A stretch of DNA of 64,000 nucleotides, from the IMG/VR virus record IMGVR_UViG_2061766007_001954; one strand, written 5' to 3'. The notes beneath the pieces are model-generated. The model had not been told where the DNA came from. It searched no databases and saw only the letters and a program-made list of their open reading frames with translations. This document shows, piece by piece, positions 28,191 to 39,165 of this stretch. Numbering within the stretch: position 1 is the stretch's first letter; every line of letters starts with the position of its first letter. Source of the stretch: an uncultured virus (IMG/VR IMGVR_UViG_2061766007_001954) (taxonomy: Duplodnaviria; Heunggongvirae; Uroviricota; Caudoviricetes). The translations under genes and the position numbers were made by a program.

Positions 28191-31100
28191 ATGCAGCAGC
28201 TAGCCACAGTTGATGTCCATATAAAGGACATATTCAACGGGTCTGTCCGTGTCGCGCAGTGGACAAGAGCAGACCCGTTCCCGCAAATGGGCCCGTGTGT
28301 CGGAGTTGATACCGAGACTGAACTTATAACCGAAACTAATTCAGCGCCTCCTTTGGTGGTGCTCGGAGTTTTTGATCCGCAAAGCGCCACATGCTATATT
28401 AGCTACTGGGAAGACGCTGCTGTGTTCATCAACTGGTTGAGTAAACAGGAGATTCGGCAAGTCTATTTCAATTTGGGATTTGATGAGCATGTGTTGAATG
28501 ATGTGGACACTGAAAAGGCATTAATGGACTCCATCGAGTATGGTCGAGTCAGGGATATGCAGATCAGGACACAACTCAATGACATAGCAACAATTGGTTT
28601 CATTCCATGGAATCACTGGAAGCTGGCAGAACTCAGCGAGATCTTCCTCGGCGTACACCTTGACAAAGGAGAGGAAGATGATCCAAATTCTCACAGACTT
28701 ACATTCCGCAGAGGTACTCCAATAACACAGGAGCAAGCCATATATCTGATGTGGGACTGTGTGAGCACCTGGGCGCTCAGCGAGATTCAGCCAGAAGCAC
28801 CTACCGAGGTTCAACACACCAAAGGCATGGTCGTACTGTCGCATATCAGCCATAACGGTTTCCCTATAGATATGGTTGTATTCGAGGCCTTTGAGCGCAA
28901 ACTGCAAGCTCAGCGAGATGAGTATCGTCTCAGGCTCATGGAATTCGGATTCCCGGATCCCTACAAGAAGAATCAGGACGAGAACGGGGACTATAAACGG
29001 TTTGTGGAAAAACAGACCAGACAGTTCCTGGAGCTAACTGGTGAGGAGCTTAATAAGCCATTGAACCTGTGCAAAGGCAATATGCGTATGGCGCTCTTGT
29101 ACATGTTCAACTTTGCTGGTGAACCGGATGAGACTGAGGACTTCGAACAAAGCGTAGGTTATTGGCTGACACAAGAAAAGCCAAAGAATATACGCAAAGC
29201 AGAGAAGCCTGTATTCGATGCAATGATGACTGAGTATGAGTTGGATGCCTTCTTTGATGCCGGCAAAGAGATCGTCATGAATGCACTATTTGGGCATGTA
29301 ATGGAAGATCTGATAAACCAGCAGGGAACGAAGAAGGAAAAAGGCTATGATCTTGGTCACGCTATCGAGTATGCAGGTGATATCATAGATGACCATTCGC
29401 ACTGGTTGTCCAAAGAGGTACAGATAGGGCCAAAAACGTTTCTGCAAAATCACTATAAGCAGTTAGAGCAGAATAATCCTGGATTGGAATTACCGCGTAC
29501 TCCAAAAAGTGGAGAGATTAAACTCTCACTGCAGGACATGTGGCTTCTAGAAGATGCTGGGGTCAAGGATCCCTTTGTAGAAGTGTATACAAAATATACA
29601 CATGCTACCAAATATTTAAGCACCTACCTCAACAGGGAATTTATAAAAACGGATGGAAAGATACACGCCAAATTCACCAATTTGATGAAAACAGGTAGAA
29701 CATCATGTACCCGGCCTAATATTCAAAATCTCCCAAGTCGGGATAAGATCTATCCGTTAAAAAATATTTTTCAACCGCCTGAAGGGGCCGTATTGTGTGC
29801 GACGGACTTCTCATTTATAGAACTTTGTGCATTTGCACAGACGTGTTACAGTAGATTCGGCTACTCGGTAATGCGCGATGTTATCAATGCAGGAATAGAT
29901 CCTCATAGATGGTTCTCAGGCGTAATGAACAAAGTCATAACCCCAGACCTCAGCAATAAAGACGATCCCGAGTGGGTTGCGGAACTGAATGCCTTCTTGA
30001 AAGAGAAGATCAGCAGTGATGCCAGACAACTGGCAAAGGCAGCGAATTTTGGCCTACCTGGTAGGATGGGACCAGCTCGCTTTTATATCCACCTGAGGAG
30101 CAACGGGTTAAAGGCAACACCTGCGGAGGCAGAGGCAATGTGTAATGCATGGACACGAACCTTCAAGGAGATGCAACAACACAAAAATCCATTAAAAGCC
30201 AAAAGTACAAAACTTGCTAAAGTATTCTTCGGTATCCAACAACGTTCCGACGGGGAGGAAGATGAAGAGGACGCAGCACCGGGTGACTTCATGGCTATCT
30301 TACCATGTGGTCAAATAAGAAATCGTTGCTCGATAAACGCAGCTTGTAATGTACAGTTCCAGGGAACTACTTCGGTTGGCGCCAAGATGGCAGGCTGGAA
30401 TCTAGTATATCATGGTTACGGCGATAGGTTACTCAATTTTGTGCATGAAACCATTTGACCTGTTACAGTAGTAATAGGAGGTTTTCTATCATGTATAAAG
30501 TTTATGTCTGGACAAATCATATTACTGGATTGAAGTATGTTGGCACAACAGGTACCAGTATGGAGAAAAGGGCTGGTATCAACGGATATCACTATAGAGG
30601 ATCTCCGAGATTTTATAACGCTATACAGAAGTATGGCTTTGATAATTTCTCTTACGAGATTATTGCGGATGATTTAACTAAGGCAGATGCTGCAGAGATC
30701 GAGAAAGAATATATAGAAAAACTCGGTACTATGGATCCTGCTAAAGGTTATAATTTGCAAGAAGGTGGTTTTTCGGATAATGTGCCATTATCCAACGAAT
30801 CCAGGTCAAAACGCATATCAGATACATTGAAAGAGCAGAGAGCGTCAGCAGAATATAGAGCTATTATGAGCTCCAGGATGCAAAAAGTGTGGGATGATCC
30901 TGTACGAAGAGCAGAGATGTTGAAAAAGCGTTCTGGTAAATATGCCGGACGGCATCCAATAGCTGTATTCTGTGATGAGACAGGAGAAGTATATCCAGAT
31001 CTGCATAAAGCATCAAATGCTTTACATATATCAGCTTCGAGTATAAGTAATGCGCTTAAATGTTCAGACGTAGCTACTATCGGTGTACGGTTAGGTACAC

Positions 31101-31646
31101 CATATACAGTTAGAAAAATAAAAGTGCACGTTAAAGAGGGTGAATTGCTGGAAGCCTCAGCGGGTTATGCCGGTGGTAATCAGCAGCCAAGCTCAGAATA
31201 GCTAGAATTTGATTTCTGAGAAGGTTCAACGACTATTCGCAAGAAGTACAACCAAGTGGTTGGAAGTGCCCTCATGTTACATTAAATATGTGACATATGA
31301 TATAGTCTAATCTGCATAGAAATATGCAGCAGCTATACGGCGGTCGTTGCGTAACGAACAACGATGAATATAAATGGATGAGTTCCTTTATTGGTTGTGG
31401 CCAAATGAGTTACAAACTCATATTCCCATCATTGAAAATTTAATGATAGGTGGCATGAAGACCGTGATACCAGATGTAAAAGTAGGAGTTGAGTCTTCCT
31501 GTATGCTACACTGGGACAAGAAAGCAACCGAGTTTTCTAAACTTCAATGGACACCAGACGGTCTCCCCATACTGGAGGAACCGCCCTTCGTCCAAGAACT
31601 ACACAAGGCGCTAGAGGCGCAGAAAGAACAGGTAACGCATGATTAA
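28191..31646 (+). CDS. polA: family A DNA polymerase, join(28191..30446,31377..31646)
   Basis: VDTET exonuclease motif, TGRTSCTRPNIQN, DFSFIEL, RQLAKAANFG; splicing restores motif C VH|DE. Confidence 0.92.
30447..31376 (+). mobile_element. group I intron in DNA polymerase motif C
   Basis: P1 GTGCAT/GTGCAC (at 31124), GAATTGCTGGAA, AATCAGCAG, P7 GACTA/TAGTC, terminal G at 31376. Confidence 0.9.
30491..31201 (+). CDS. intron-encoded GIY-YIG homing endonuclease
   Basis: KVYVWTNHITGLKYVG, AIQKYG, GYNL; AGGAGGT RBS. Confidence 0.9.
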   Translation: MYKVYVWTNHITGLKYVGTTGTSMEKRAGINGYHYRGSPRFYNAIQKYGFDNFSYEIIADDLTKADAAEIEKEYIEKLGTMDPAKGYNLQEGGFSDNVPLSNESRSKRISDTLKEQRASAEYRAIMSSRMQKVWDDPVRRAEMLKKRSGKYAGRHPIAVFCDETGEVYPDLHKASNALHISASSISNALKCSDVATIGVRLGTPYTVRKIKVHVKEGELLEASAGYAGGNQQPSSE

Positions 31647-33069
31647 AGCGTACCAACAACCCACACGGAGAGCTGCTTCAAGCGGCCCATTTTTCTCATT
31701 TGTTAAGCCGGCTTACAAGAAGGGTTACGAAATCCCAGGAATGGCGTATCAGACCGGAGGTATCAAGTCTATCAGTCTTTGGACGACGCGGGAGCAAATC
31801 CTGCGAATTGTTCCTGGCTATGACAAGGTAACCGGACAGATCTATCCGCAGAACATCAACGTGAATGAGTTCTCTACGGATACCGGCTATGACGATTATC
31901 TGTCTGACACCTTCATTACGGCATCCGTTGTCAGCAACTTCGGCGCTCGTAATCAGACGTTCATCACCTCGTATGATCCTAAGTCTGAAGATGCGCAGCG
32001 CTATGGTGGTAATACGGTCATCGACCAGTTCGTCAAGAATGTCACTAACTCTGTGCTGAACGCAGAGAAGGGAAAGAAGACCAAGTTCGCAGTAACTGAT
32101 GATATGCGGCAGTGGTGTGCCAAGGATGGTCCTATCAAGTATCCTCGACGTGCTATTCTGATGCAGGCATTGGTGTTTAAGCGCAACGGCATGAACAACC
32201 AAGATGAAAACCGTCAGGATCTTCTTGACGGCGAGGGTAATCCGCTTCCTATTTACGGTGTCGTGTCTGTGGAAGGTAAGGCGACGCTGATCGAATTCAT
32301 GAAGGCACTTGTTGAGCCTATGAATCCCGGGCTTCCGCTGAATCCTGCAGCTAATAATCGTTACGGAAGTCTTGCGGAATTGGATTCTAACTGTCTTTAT
32401 CTCAACCCTGTGCAGGATCCGACTACCGGCGCACGTATGCTTCGGCCGTCTGTTCAGGGCCCCGGTAAGGGCTGGACGCCTACGCCGTTCCCGCTGACGG
32501 AAGAAGATGTGAAGGCTCTGTGGATCCCTTGGGATGATCTGCTGCAGTATCAGACTGCCCAGGAGCAGTGCCAGTTCCTTGCCCAGGAATTCGGTGCCGA
32601 TTCTGTAAATTATTTTATCGGCACTGATCCTATTTTCAACGGACTGGAAATGCCCGGTGAGATCAAGAATGCAGGTCTCGGACGCTATTCCCGTTTTGTC
32701 AGCAATCCTAATGCTGGCTTCGGCTCCGCTCCCAGTCGTCCGAATGCGGCGGTACCAGCCGCGCGTTCCTTCGGCATGCCTAAGCAGGCTGCGGTCGGGA
32801 TTGCCTCCCAGGGGTTCGCTCCTAAGGCAAATCCTGCAGAAGCTGCACTGTCCGAAGGCTACACGGCAGCACCTAAGCCGAAGCCCGCTCTTGCGGGACT
32901 TCGTGCCAACGCAGCCATCGATCAGGACAAGTTGAAAGCCGCTCTCAACGGGATTCATAAGGCCCAGCAACCTGCTGGTCAGGCGTCTCTCGCTCAGAAC
33001 CTTCTGAATGACGATGATCTGGAAGATTTCATGGATCCTAATCTTCCTGAAGACAGCGAGGCGTTCTGA
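31639..33069 (+). CDS. hypothetical protein, candidate ssDNA-binding protein
   Basis: Lies between Pol and RecA; Pro/Ala linker and acidic tail ending in Phe. Confidence 0.5.
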   Translation: MIKAYQQPTRRAASSGPFFSFVKPAYKKGYEIPGMAYQTGGIKSISLWTTREQILRIVPGYDKVTGQIYPQNINVNEFSTDTGYDDYLSDTFITASVVSNFGARNQTFITSYDPKSEDAQRYGGNTVIDQFVKNVTNSVLNAEKGKKTKFAVTDDMRQWCAKDGPIKYPRRAILMQALVFKRNGMNNQDENRQDLLDGEGNPLPIYGVVSVEGKATLIEFMKALVEPMNPGLPLNPAANNRYGSLAELDSNCLYLNPVQDPTTGARMLRPSVQGPGKGWTPTPFPLTEEDVKALWIPWDDLLQYQTAQEQCQFLAQEFGADSVNYFIGTDPIFNGLEMPGEIKNAGLGRYSRFVSNPNAGFGSAPSRPNAAVPAARSFGMPKQAAVGIASQGFAPKANPAEAALSEGYTAAPKPKPALAGLRANAAIDQDKLKAALNGIHKAQQPAGQASLAQNLLNDDDLEDFMDPNLPEDSEAF

Positions 33070-34355
33070 TGGGTGTTTCAGCAATCCATTCTATGATGGA
33101 GGCGCTGCGCAAGGATGACGGAGGAATTGTAACCTCCGTAAAAGAGCTGAAGGAGAACCAGTACGGTTTTCCTCTGGCTCATTATGCGCAGCAATATCTG
33201 TTTGGCAGCACGGGCCTTCGTATCAAGGTTTTCAATTCCATCAGTGGTATGCCACAGGCATGCAAGTCTCCGCTGCTGTTTGATCTTATGGGGCATGTTT
33301 GTGCCTCTCCAGAGCATGGCGGTCTTGGAGGACTTGGCTTCCTGTATGAACTCGAGGATAAAATCTCACCAACTCTGCTTGAAGGCGTCATGGCTAATTA
33401 TGGTGATGACGTCTATGAGCGGTTCAGCGTTGTGAAAGATCTCACTATCGATGGTGCATTTAAGCATATCTGTAAGAAGATCATTCCTATGTACCGAAAA
33501 CACATGGGAAGTTGCGAGACGCCTATCATTTTGGGACTGGACTCTATCGGAGGTGCTGCATCGTCTGATACCTTGTCCAAGCTGGAAAGCGATGGTGTTG
33601 CCGGTAAGGGGTTCTGGGAAAAAGCGCACTTTATGAAATATTTTTGCGAGAACGCTGGCGCCCTCATTGGTGATATTCCGATGGTGATCATCTGCATTAA
33701 CCAGGAAAAGGAAGCCGCCGCAGCTGCATATGGTCCGCCGCAGAAGACTATTACCGGTGGCAAGAGCCAGGTTTTCAAAGATGGGCACATGATCAGCTCG
33801 TCATATAAGGCTCTGGCTTCAGGTGACGGTAAGATTCTGACTCTTAGGACGACCAAGACTTCTTTCTGTGATGCCCGTAAGATTGAAGTTGCATTCCGAT
33901 GGAACAAGTATGGCACAGAGAAGGAAGGCTATGGTCATCACTTTGATTGGGCCCTAGCAACAGCAAAGTGTCTGGCAGATCCTGATAAAGGTGTAGGTGA
34001 GATTCGCGATATCTGTGACGTGAAAGTCAGTGACATGGGTCTTGTGACTTGTACTACATTCGGACTCAGAAGCGTGCCTGCTGAAGAGTTCGAGGCAGCG
34101 CTGTTTGATCCAGCCAATAGCAAGACACTGGATGCGCTGTATACCTATCAGAAGATTGAGCGAATCAAAGATCTGAGTGCGTATAAGGCATATCTTAAGA
34201 GTAAAAAGGATGGCACTTTTCATGCAGAGCCTGAACCCGAAGTAAAGGTAACCGTGACTCCGACCAAGAAGCGTGGAAGAAAGCCAGTACCAGTGAGTCT
34301 GCCTGAGGATGCGCCAGCAACAGATCTTATTGATGGACTTGCAGACGAGGCCTAA
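33069..34355 (+). CDS. RecA/UvsX-like recombinase
   Basis: SGMPQACKS P-loop variant, LDSIG, INQEKE, ITGGK. Confidence 0.8.
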   Translation: MGVSAIHSMMEALRKDDGGIVTSVKELKENQYGFPLAHYAQQYLFGSTGLRIKVFNSISGMPQACKSPLLFDLMGHVCASPEHGGLGGLGFLYELEDKISPTLLEGVMANYGDDVYERFSVVKDLTIDGAFKHICKKIIPMYRKHMGSCETPIILGLDSIGGAASSDTLSKLESDGVAGKGFWEKAHFMKYFCENAGALIGDIPMVIICINQEKEAAAAAYGPPQKTITGGKSQVFKDGHMISSSYKALASGDGKILTLRTTKTSFCDARKIEVAFRWNKYGTEKEGYGHHFDWALATAKCLADPDKGVGEIRDICDVKVSDMGLVTCTTFGLRSVPAEEFEAALFDPANSKTLDALYTYQKIERIKDLSAYKAYLKSKKDGTFHAEPEPEVKVTVTPTKKRGRKPVPVSLPEDAPATDLIDGLADEA

Positions 34356-34868
34356 ATGGATGACATTAAAGCTTTCATGGGTGATATAGCCCAGGCTTAT
34401 AAACAGGAAAAGCGCCTGCAGAAATCCAATGACATTATATGCTTTATAGCTGATCATTGGAAGCTGTTCACACGGACCCGGTCCGAAATGCTGGCTGTAG
34501 TGAATCAGCTGGGCAATCAAGTACCCTACACTGTAGATGCGCTATGTGATGGTCTGGGCGTGCCAGACAATGTCTTTTTCAAACGGATGCCAGTGAAGGA
34601 TGTGGCTGGCGCCATTATCAACTTCACAACGAGTCCGCTGCTTGAACTGTTCCTGAAATGTAAGGCTGCCTCCCGTAACAGGGAGGCTTGCCTTGTCCTA
34701 GTAGCAGGCAAAAAGTCTATCGTAGTTACCAATATGCAGACATCATTCGACATATGTCAGTATGACATCTGGTTTCGTAATGGAGAGGATGAGCTGCATA
34801 TCTTCAAGATCGATGACGCACCGCATAGGTTGCCAAATCTTTTCAATCCAAAGGAGAAAGCAGAATGA
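34356..34868 (+). CDS. hypothetical protein
   Basis: Operon-coupled ORF. Confidence 0.65.
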   Translation: MDDIKAFMGDIAQAYKQEKRLQKSNDIICFIADHWKLFTRTRSEMLAVVNQLGNQVPYTVDALCDGLGVPDNVFFKRMPVKDVAGAIINFTTSPLLELFLKCKAASRNREACLVLVAGKKSIVVTNMQTSFDICQYDIWFRNGEDELHIFKIDDAPHRLPNLFNPKEKAE

Positions 34869-35887
34869 GCGAGGATACCGAACTCGACGAACAAACTTCA
34901 TTGCAGGTATATGATCCTGCAGAACTTACGCTTGAAGATCAGGACGATCTGATTGTCAAGCTCAAATTGCCTACATATGATGATGTGACAGATGCCAATA
35001 TCATCAAGTCGATCCGTGAAGTTTATCATGGATTTACTTTTGATGCAGCTGAAGATTTCAGCAAGATTTTCGCTGATGAAGAATCCCTTGCCGAATATAT
35101 CAAAGATACGATGGCGGATATCGGTGAACACCAGAAGATCGGACAGGTAGCCCTTCGTACCAGCAATTCTGCATCACTGGCGCGCTTCTGGGTGATGGGT
35201 TATTCGGCTGATCAGGCTATCAGCAAGTCCACATATGGTGACGGCGCCTGTAAGCGTATTGCCGACAGAATCAACCGTTCTGTGCCGTATGTGTATCAGG
35301 TGCGGTCGGTTGGAACCAGGCTTACCATTAAGGACTGCTTCCTGCTTGGAATGCGCGAAGGTTGCAATACGACGACGCTGCGCAAGCTGGCACAGATTCG
35401 TGACCAGGATCTTTGCAGGCAGATCATTACGACCTTTATCCAGTCCACGCAGGATACCTCTGATGTTATCAATGTGGAGCGTGCTACACGTGCATTCAAA
35501 CAGGCTATCAGAGATGCTCTCAGACCGGAGAATGCAGTTGAGGAGGCAACCACCAATCCTATGGAAGCTTCCGAGAATCTGGAAGAGATCGCAGGTACTG
35601 CCTACGTTGCCGGTAGGTCTGCGGTGAAAAAGATCATCAAAGAGACTAAGTTCTTTTCGAATGAAGAGAATGTCTGTGCGGTATGTGACGCAATGGCTGA
35701 TTTCGCTATTGTGGAATCTGTGCCAAATGCGGATAAGTTGCTCGCAGACTTCAAGGTCGAAGTCGATGAGGCTATTACCCAATCAAAGAAGATGCTCGAG
35801 TATCTGGATGACATGCTTGTCCAGCTTAATAGCTGCATGGCTGTAGAGGTGCTTGGTGAGGGTTCCAAGCGCAAACGCAGTAAGTAA
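34865..35887 (+). CDS. hypothetical protein
   Basis: AAGGAG RBS, 340 aa. Confidence 0.7.
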   Translation: MSEDTELDEQTSLQVYDPAELTLEDQDDLIVKLKLPTYDDVTDANIIKSIREVYHGFTFDAAEDFSKIFADEESLAEYIKDTMADIGEHQKIGQVALRTSNSASLARFWVMGYSADQAISKSTYGDGACKRIADRINRSVPYVYQVRSVGTRLTIKDCFLLGMREGCNTTTLRKLAQIRDQDLCRQIITTFIQSTQDTSDVINVERATRAFKQAIRDALRPENAVEEATTNPMEASENLEEIAGTAYVAGRSAVKKIIKETKFFSNEENVCAVCDAMADFAIVESVPNADKLLADFKVEVDEAITQSKKMLEYLDDMLVQLNSCMAVEVLGEGSKRKRSK

Positions 35888-36572
35888 GCGATTCGCCCTT
35901 ATCTCAGATAAGCTTAGTGATATGGTCGACAAGGTATGTGACAAGCATATCTTGTCGGCCTATTGTTCCATGCTGGCAGCTGCCTGTACGAAACAGAAGT
36001 TGTCAAAGGAACAATGGGATATGCTTGTAGCGTCCACAGAACACCTGATAGGACAGACACTGACAAGGAAGCTTTTAGTAAGTAACGCCTATAGGGTATT
36101 GGCTAATTTCCACTTTATCGCAGAGGGAATGGCTATACCGATTTGGGACGGTGGTTCTATAGAAGTTTCCATAGTATTTACAGGCTTATACAAGAAGCGG
36201 GAACAAGTGAAAGACAAAGTTTATGTCAAAGCTCAAATGAAGTTTAGAAACGGCATTTCTGCGGGCATAATAAGTTGGAGTGCTTTCACTCCCCGCCAGA
36301 TTCAGTTCTTTCTACAGAGGCATTCAGGCTGTAAAAGCTTGAATCCAGCAATAGAGGAAATATCTGGAATGAGGGCATCGTTAGTCGTCGAGATGCAGGG
36401 AGACCAGCTTAAAGTGCTGGATTGGAAATGTACCAACGACGAGAAGAAATATAACAAAGCACTAACAGAAGCCAGGCGTAACGTTCGAAAGTGTACGCCA
36501 TTCAGGCCATGTAATACCTGCCCTAAGACAATAGAGCAGTGCCCACTGGCAATATGGCTTCCGGAGGAATAA
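35853..36572 (+). CDS. hypothetical protein with C-terminal Cys cluster
   Basis: CTPFRPCNTC..C; start uncertain. Confidence 0.6.
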   Translation: MVRVPSANAVSKRFALISDKLSDMVDKVCDKHILSAYCSMLAAACTKQKLSKEQWDMLVASTEHLIGQTLTRKLLVSNAYRVLANFHFIAEGMAIPIWDGGSIEVSIVFTGLYKKREQVKDKVYVKAQMKFRNGISAGIISWSAFTPRQIQFFLQRHSGCKSLNPAIEEISGMRASLVVEMQGDQLKVLDWKCTNDEKKYNKALTEARRNVRKCTPFRPCNTCPKTIEQCPLAIWLPEE

Positions 36573-36574
36573 CA

Positions 36575-37321
36575 ATGACAGAAAACGAACCAACCATCCT
36601 GCATTTCACAAGAGTGCGGGCAAAAGGTGATTCAACATACTATGATCCACAATCGGATATCAGGGCAATCTTCCCGACTGCGGCGAAGCTGACTCTGGAT
36701 CTGCTTATGGAAACGACACAAGATGATAATGCCAAGAGAGAATTTGAATATTTGGCAAAGTGTTATCACATCTATCAGATAAGGCTAACCGAAGATGGAA
36801 CAAGCCTTCTGAAACAAGCTCTTGAGTTTGCTAATGCAATAAAGAAAGTCAGGCCAGCTATCCGCTGGGCCTGGCAAACCACCATGCTGACACTTCTCAA
36901 TAGTCTGTATGCTCTTTTTACTCGTCGGGACGTTAAGACTGATGGGAAAGCTATTAAGGGCATGCTGAACATGGCACAGGAAGCCGCATTATTGCAACAG
37001 TTGCCAAAAGACAAACAGGAAGTGCTCTATGCGGCGTTTAATAACATTGGCGCTATCCCGGAAGAAGATCCTACTACAGATCCAAACGGTAAGGTTGTTT
37101 GTGAGGAGACGGAACAGGTTATTGAGAACATCAAAGATCTTGCGCAAGTCTTCATCTCGCATACAGGTGACGGTTCTTGGGATAGCCTTGCAGCAGCATG
37201 TGATGCATTCTTCTCATCGCCAGATGCTGATAAAGCAACTGACGAACAGAAGATAGCTGTGGCGCTTGCATATCCAACATACGAGACGCCGTATCTTACA
37301 GTGGAGAAGACTGAAGAATGA
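36575..37321 (+). CDS. hypothetical protein
   Basis: GGAGG RBS. Confidence 0.7.
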   Translation: MTENEPTILHFTRVRAKGDSTYYDPQSDIRAIFPTAAKLTLDLLMETTQDDNAKREFEYLAKCYHIYQIRLTEDGTSLLKQALEFANAIKKVRPAIRWAWQTTMLTLLNSLYALFTRRDVKTDGKAIKGMLNMAQEAALLQQLPKDKQEVLYAAFNNIGAIPEEDPTTDPNGKVVCEETEQVIENIKDLAQVFISHTGDGSWDSLAAACDAFFSSPDADKATDEQKIAVALAYPTYETPYLTVEKTEE

Positions 37322-38073
37322 TCGATTTCCATAGTAAGATGGTGAAACTCAGACATCTTGAGGATGTAGCCGTCTTCAGATGGACAGGAGGGCATAAGCG
37401 CATTGCAGGAGATTATTTGCTTCTGTCGAACTTGCGGCTTAACGTGTTATCCTGTTCTGGAGGACATATCTATTACTCCTCATCGGCGCCTATTATGTAT
37501 CAAGTGCATGGCCGACCAGTAATATCATTTCGCGATCGTGATCTGATGACTGTTATAGCAGGCAGTAATAGGGTTGGTATCAATGTGCCCTCCAATATGC
37601 TGAAACAGGGAGAGGAAGCAACACAGACCAGGTTCTGTGAATGGCGCGAGGTCGATGAAGAGCATACACCTAAATGGCTTGAGCAGCGCATCATGTCTAT
37701 GGTGACGGGTACGATTTATCATGCATACCAGATGCGTCTTCCAGATCTTTATCGCATTTCCAAGAAGCCCGAAACATTGAAACCGATTTTTTCAGCAAAT
37801 CTGATAAATGCAATCGGAGGTGAGCCTGGCGACAGCACGGAAGAGCTTCTTAGGAAGTTCCATGCCAATCTGGAGCTTTTTGGAGAATACAAGGAAGACG
37901 GCTATATTTGTCCTGCAGAATATATTTGCGCTGGCGGTTGCTGTGTTGTAGCCTCCAAAGGAATCCCGGCAACAAACGGAAGTGTTGTGTTTACGATGCC
38001 GCTGAAATCATTTGTTGCAGAAGCATCCAGACAGCACTGGCAGATCACAACTGCTGTGGAGGTGGGACAATGA
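37318..38073 (+). CDS. hypothetical protein
   Basis: ATGA coupling. Confidence 0.65.
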   Translation: MIDFHSKMVKLRHLEDVAVFRWTGGHKRIAGDYLLLSNLRLNVLSCSGGHIYYSSSAPIMYQVHGRPVISFRDRDLMTVIAGSNRVGINVPSNMLKQGEEATQTRFCEWREVDEEHTPKWLEQRIMSMVTGTIYHAYQMRLPDLYRISKKPETLKPIFSANLINAIGGEPGDSTEELLRKFHANLELFGEYKEDGYICPAEYICAGGCCVVASKGIPATNGSVVFTMPLKSFVAEASRQHWQITTAVEVGQ

Positions 38074-38681
38074 AATGGGGCGAATACATTACATCGCTAC
38101 TCAAGAAACCAGTTGTGTTATTCTCAACTGCTACGACTGGTGTTAATTCGGACGACTGCCTGTTGGCGGTCTCCTACCAGTTCAAAGGCGGAGATAACAG
38201 TTCCGGAACGCTCTTTTATTCTGCACCGGCCAGCTGTGCGTTACAGGGCGTCGAGTATCATAAGATTACGATGCATACGCTGTCTACCAGAGGTCTGCAG
38301 GCACCGGATTTTGCAGAAGCAGTAAACAATCTGTTCAAGCTTGGTACGCCTTTCAGCTATAATCCTGCATTCCAGGCGAGTGCTCTGACGGATATGGCAG
38401 ATTGCGAACCTGTATTCATCCATGATCTTCCGTTATTGATGAAACTGGCTATGTCAAGATTCGCGCTTCCTGCAGAGGACCTGGATAAGATTTGCACTCT
38501 GCCGGAGCTGGAATACATGGCTAAAAAGATGGCAGGTCAGCCTCCGCCGTTCAAACGGCTGATGCGTGCCTGCAACATAACAACTGATCCCTACACTGAT
38601 GAGCTGCCTGTTGTCACCAACGTGCAGATTCTTAATCAGTTGTGGGAGAAGCTGTGCGATATAGAGATGGCAACATACTAG
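38070..38681 (+). CDS. DnaQ/DEDD exonuclease-like fold, probably inactive
   Basis: VLFSTATTG in place of FDxETTG; YHKIT, SYNPAF. Confidence 0.45.
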   Translation: MKWGEYITSLLKKPVVLFSTATTGVNSDDCLLAVSYQFKGGDNSSGTLFYSAPASCALQGVEYHKITMHTLSTRGLQAPDFAEAVNNLFKLGTPFSYNPAFQASALTDMADCEPVFIHDLPLLMKLAMSRFALPAEDLDKICTLPELEYMAKKMAGQPPPFKRLMRACNITTDPYTDELPVVTNVQILNQLWEKLCDIEMATY

Positions 38682-39165
38682 CGGCTGCAGTCAGTCTGCG
38701 TTTGGTGATAGCATCACGCAGCATACCCGCACGACCGCATTTTGCGATGGTGAGCTTCTTGTTGCTGAATTGCAGCGAGAGGCTCCTGTCGTTTGCCTTG
38801 ATGAGCACATTCTGCATATTCTTGTTTACAAGCAGCAGCATTTTGCCGCTGATGCCGCAAGGATCCAGGATGCTCATGTTCTCGGTTGAGTAACACAGCT
38901 TCCATTTAGACGGATCCACGGCAATGATGACATGGTCAGCCGACTCCTTGTCGCCTTTCTTAGCTTCATGGAGAAAGACGAGACTGGTTTCTGTCACATT
39001 GTTCGTGGCCGTCGTTTCTGGAGAGAGTACCGGAACCATTTCGATCGTAGCTTTCTTGATCGACTCAGTAGCAGGGTCTGCAGTAATTATACTCTCGAAG
39101 TCGGAGACATAGATACCCTCTTCTATGCCAGAATCATTAATACTAAAGCAATTAAGGTATTCCAT
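38632..39165 (-). CDS. possible hypothetical protein (alternatively the retron ncRNA region)
   Basis: Only long frame between the exonuclease-like gene and the RT; on the opposite strand to the operon. Confidence 0.35.
   Translation of the reverse strand: MEYLNCFSINDSGIEEGIYVSDFESIITADPATESIKKATIEMVPVLSPETTATNNVTETSLVFLHEAKKGDKESADHVIIAVDPSKWKLCYSTENMSILDPCGISGKMLLLVNKNMQNVLIKANDRSLSLQFSNKKLTIAKCGRAGMLRDAITKRRLTAAASMLPSLYRTASPTTD

Noticed and set aside
31696..33084. 462-aa antisense ORF (similar ones at 4361-5377, 49134-50393, 51072-51953 and 52182-53078)
   Set aside because: These mirror the codons of real plus-strand genes and have no motifs; typical codon-bias shadows.
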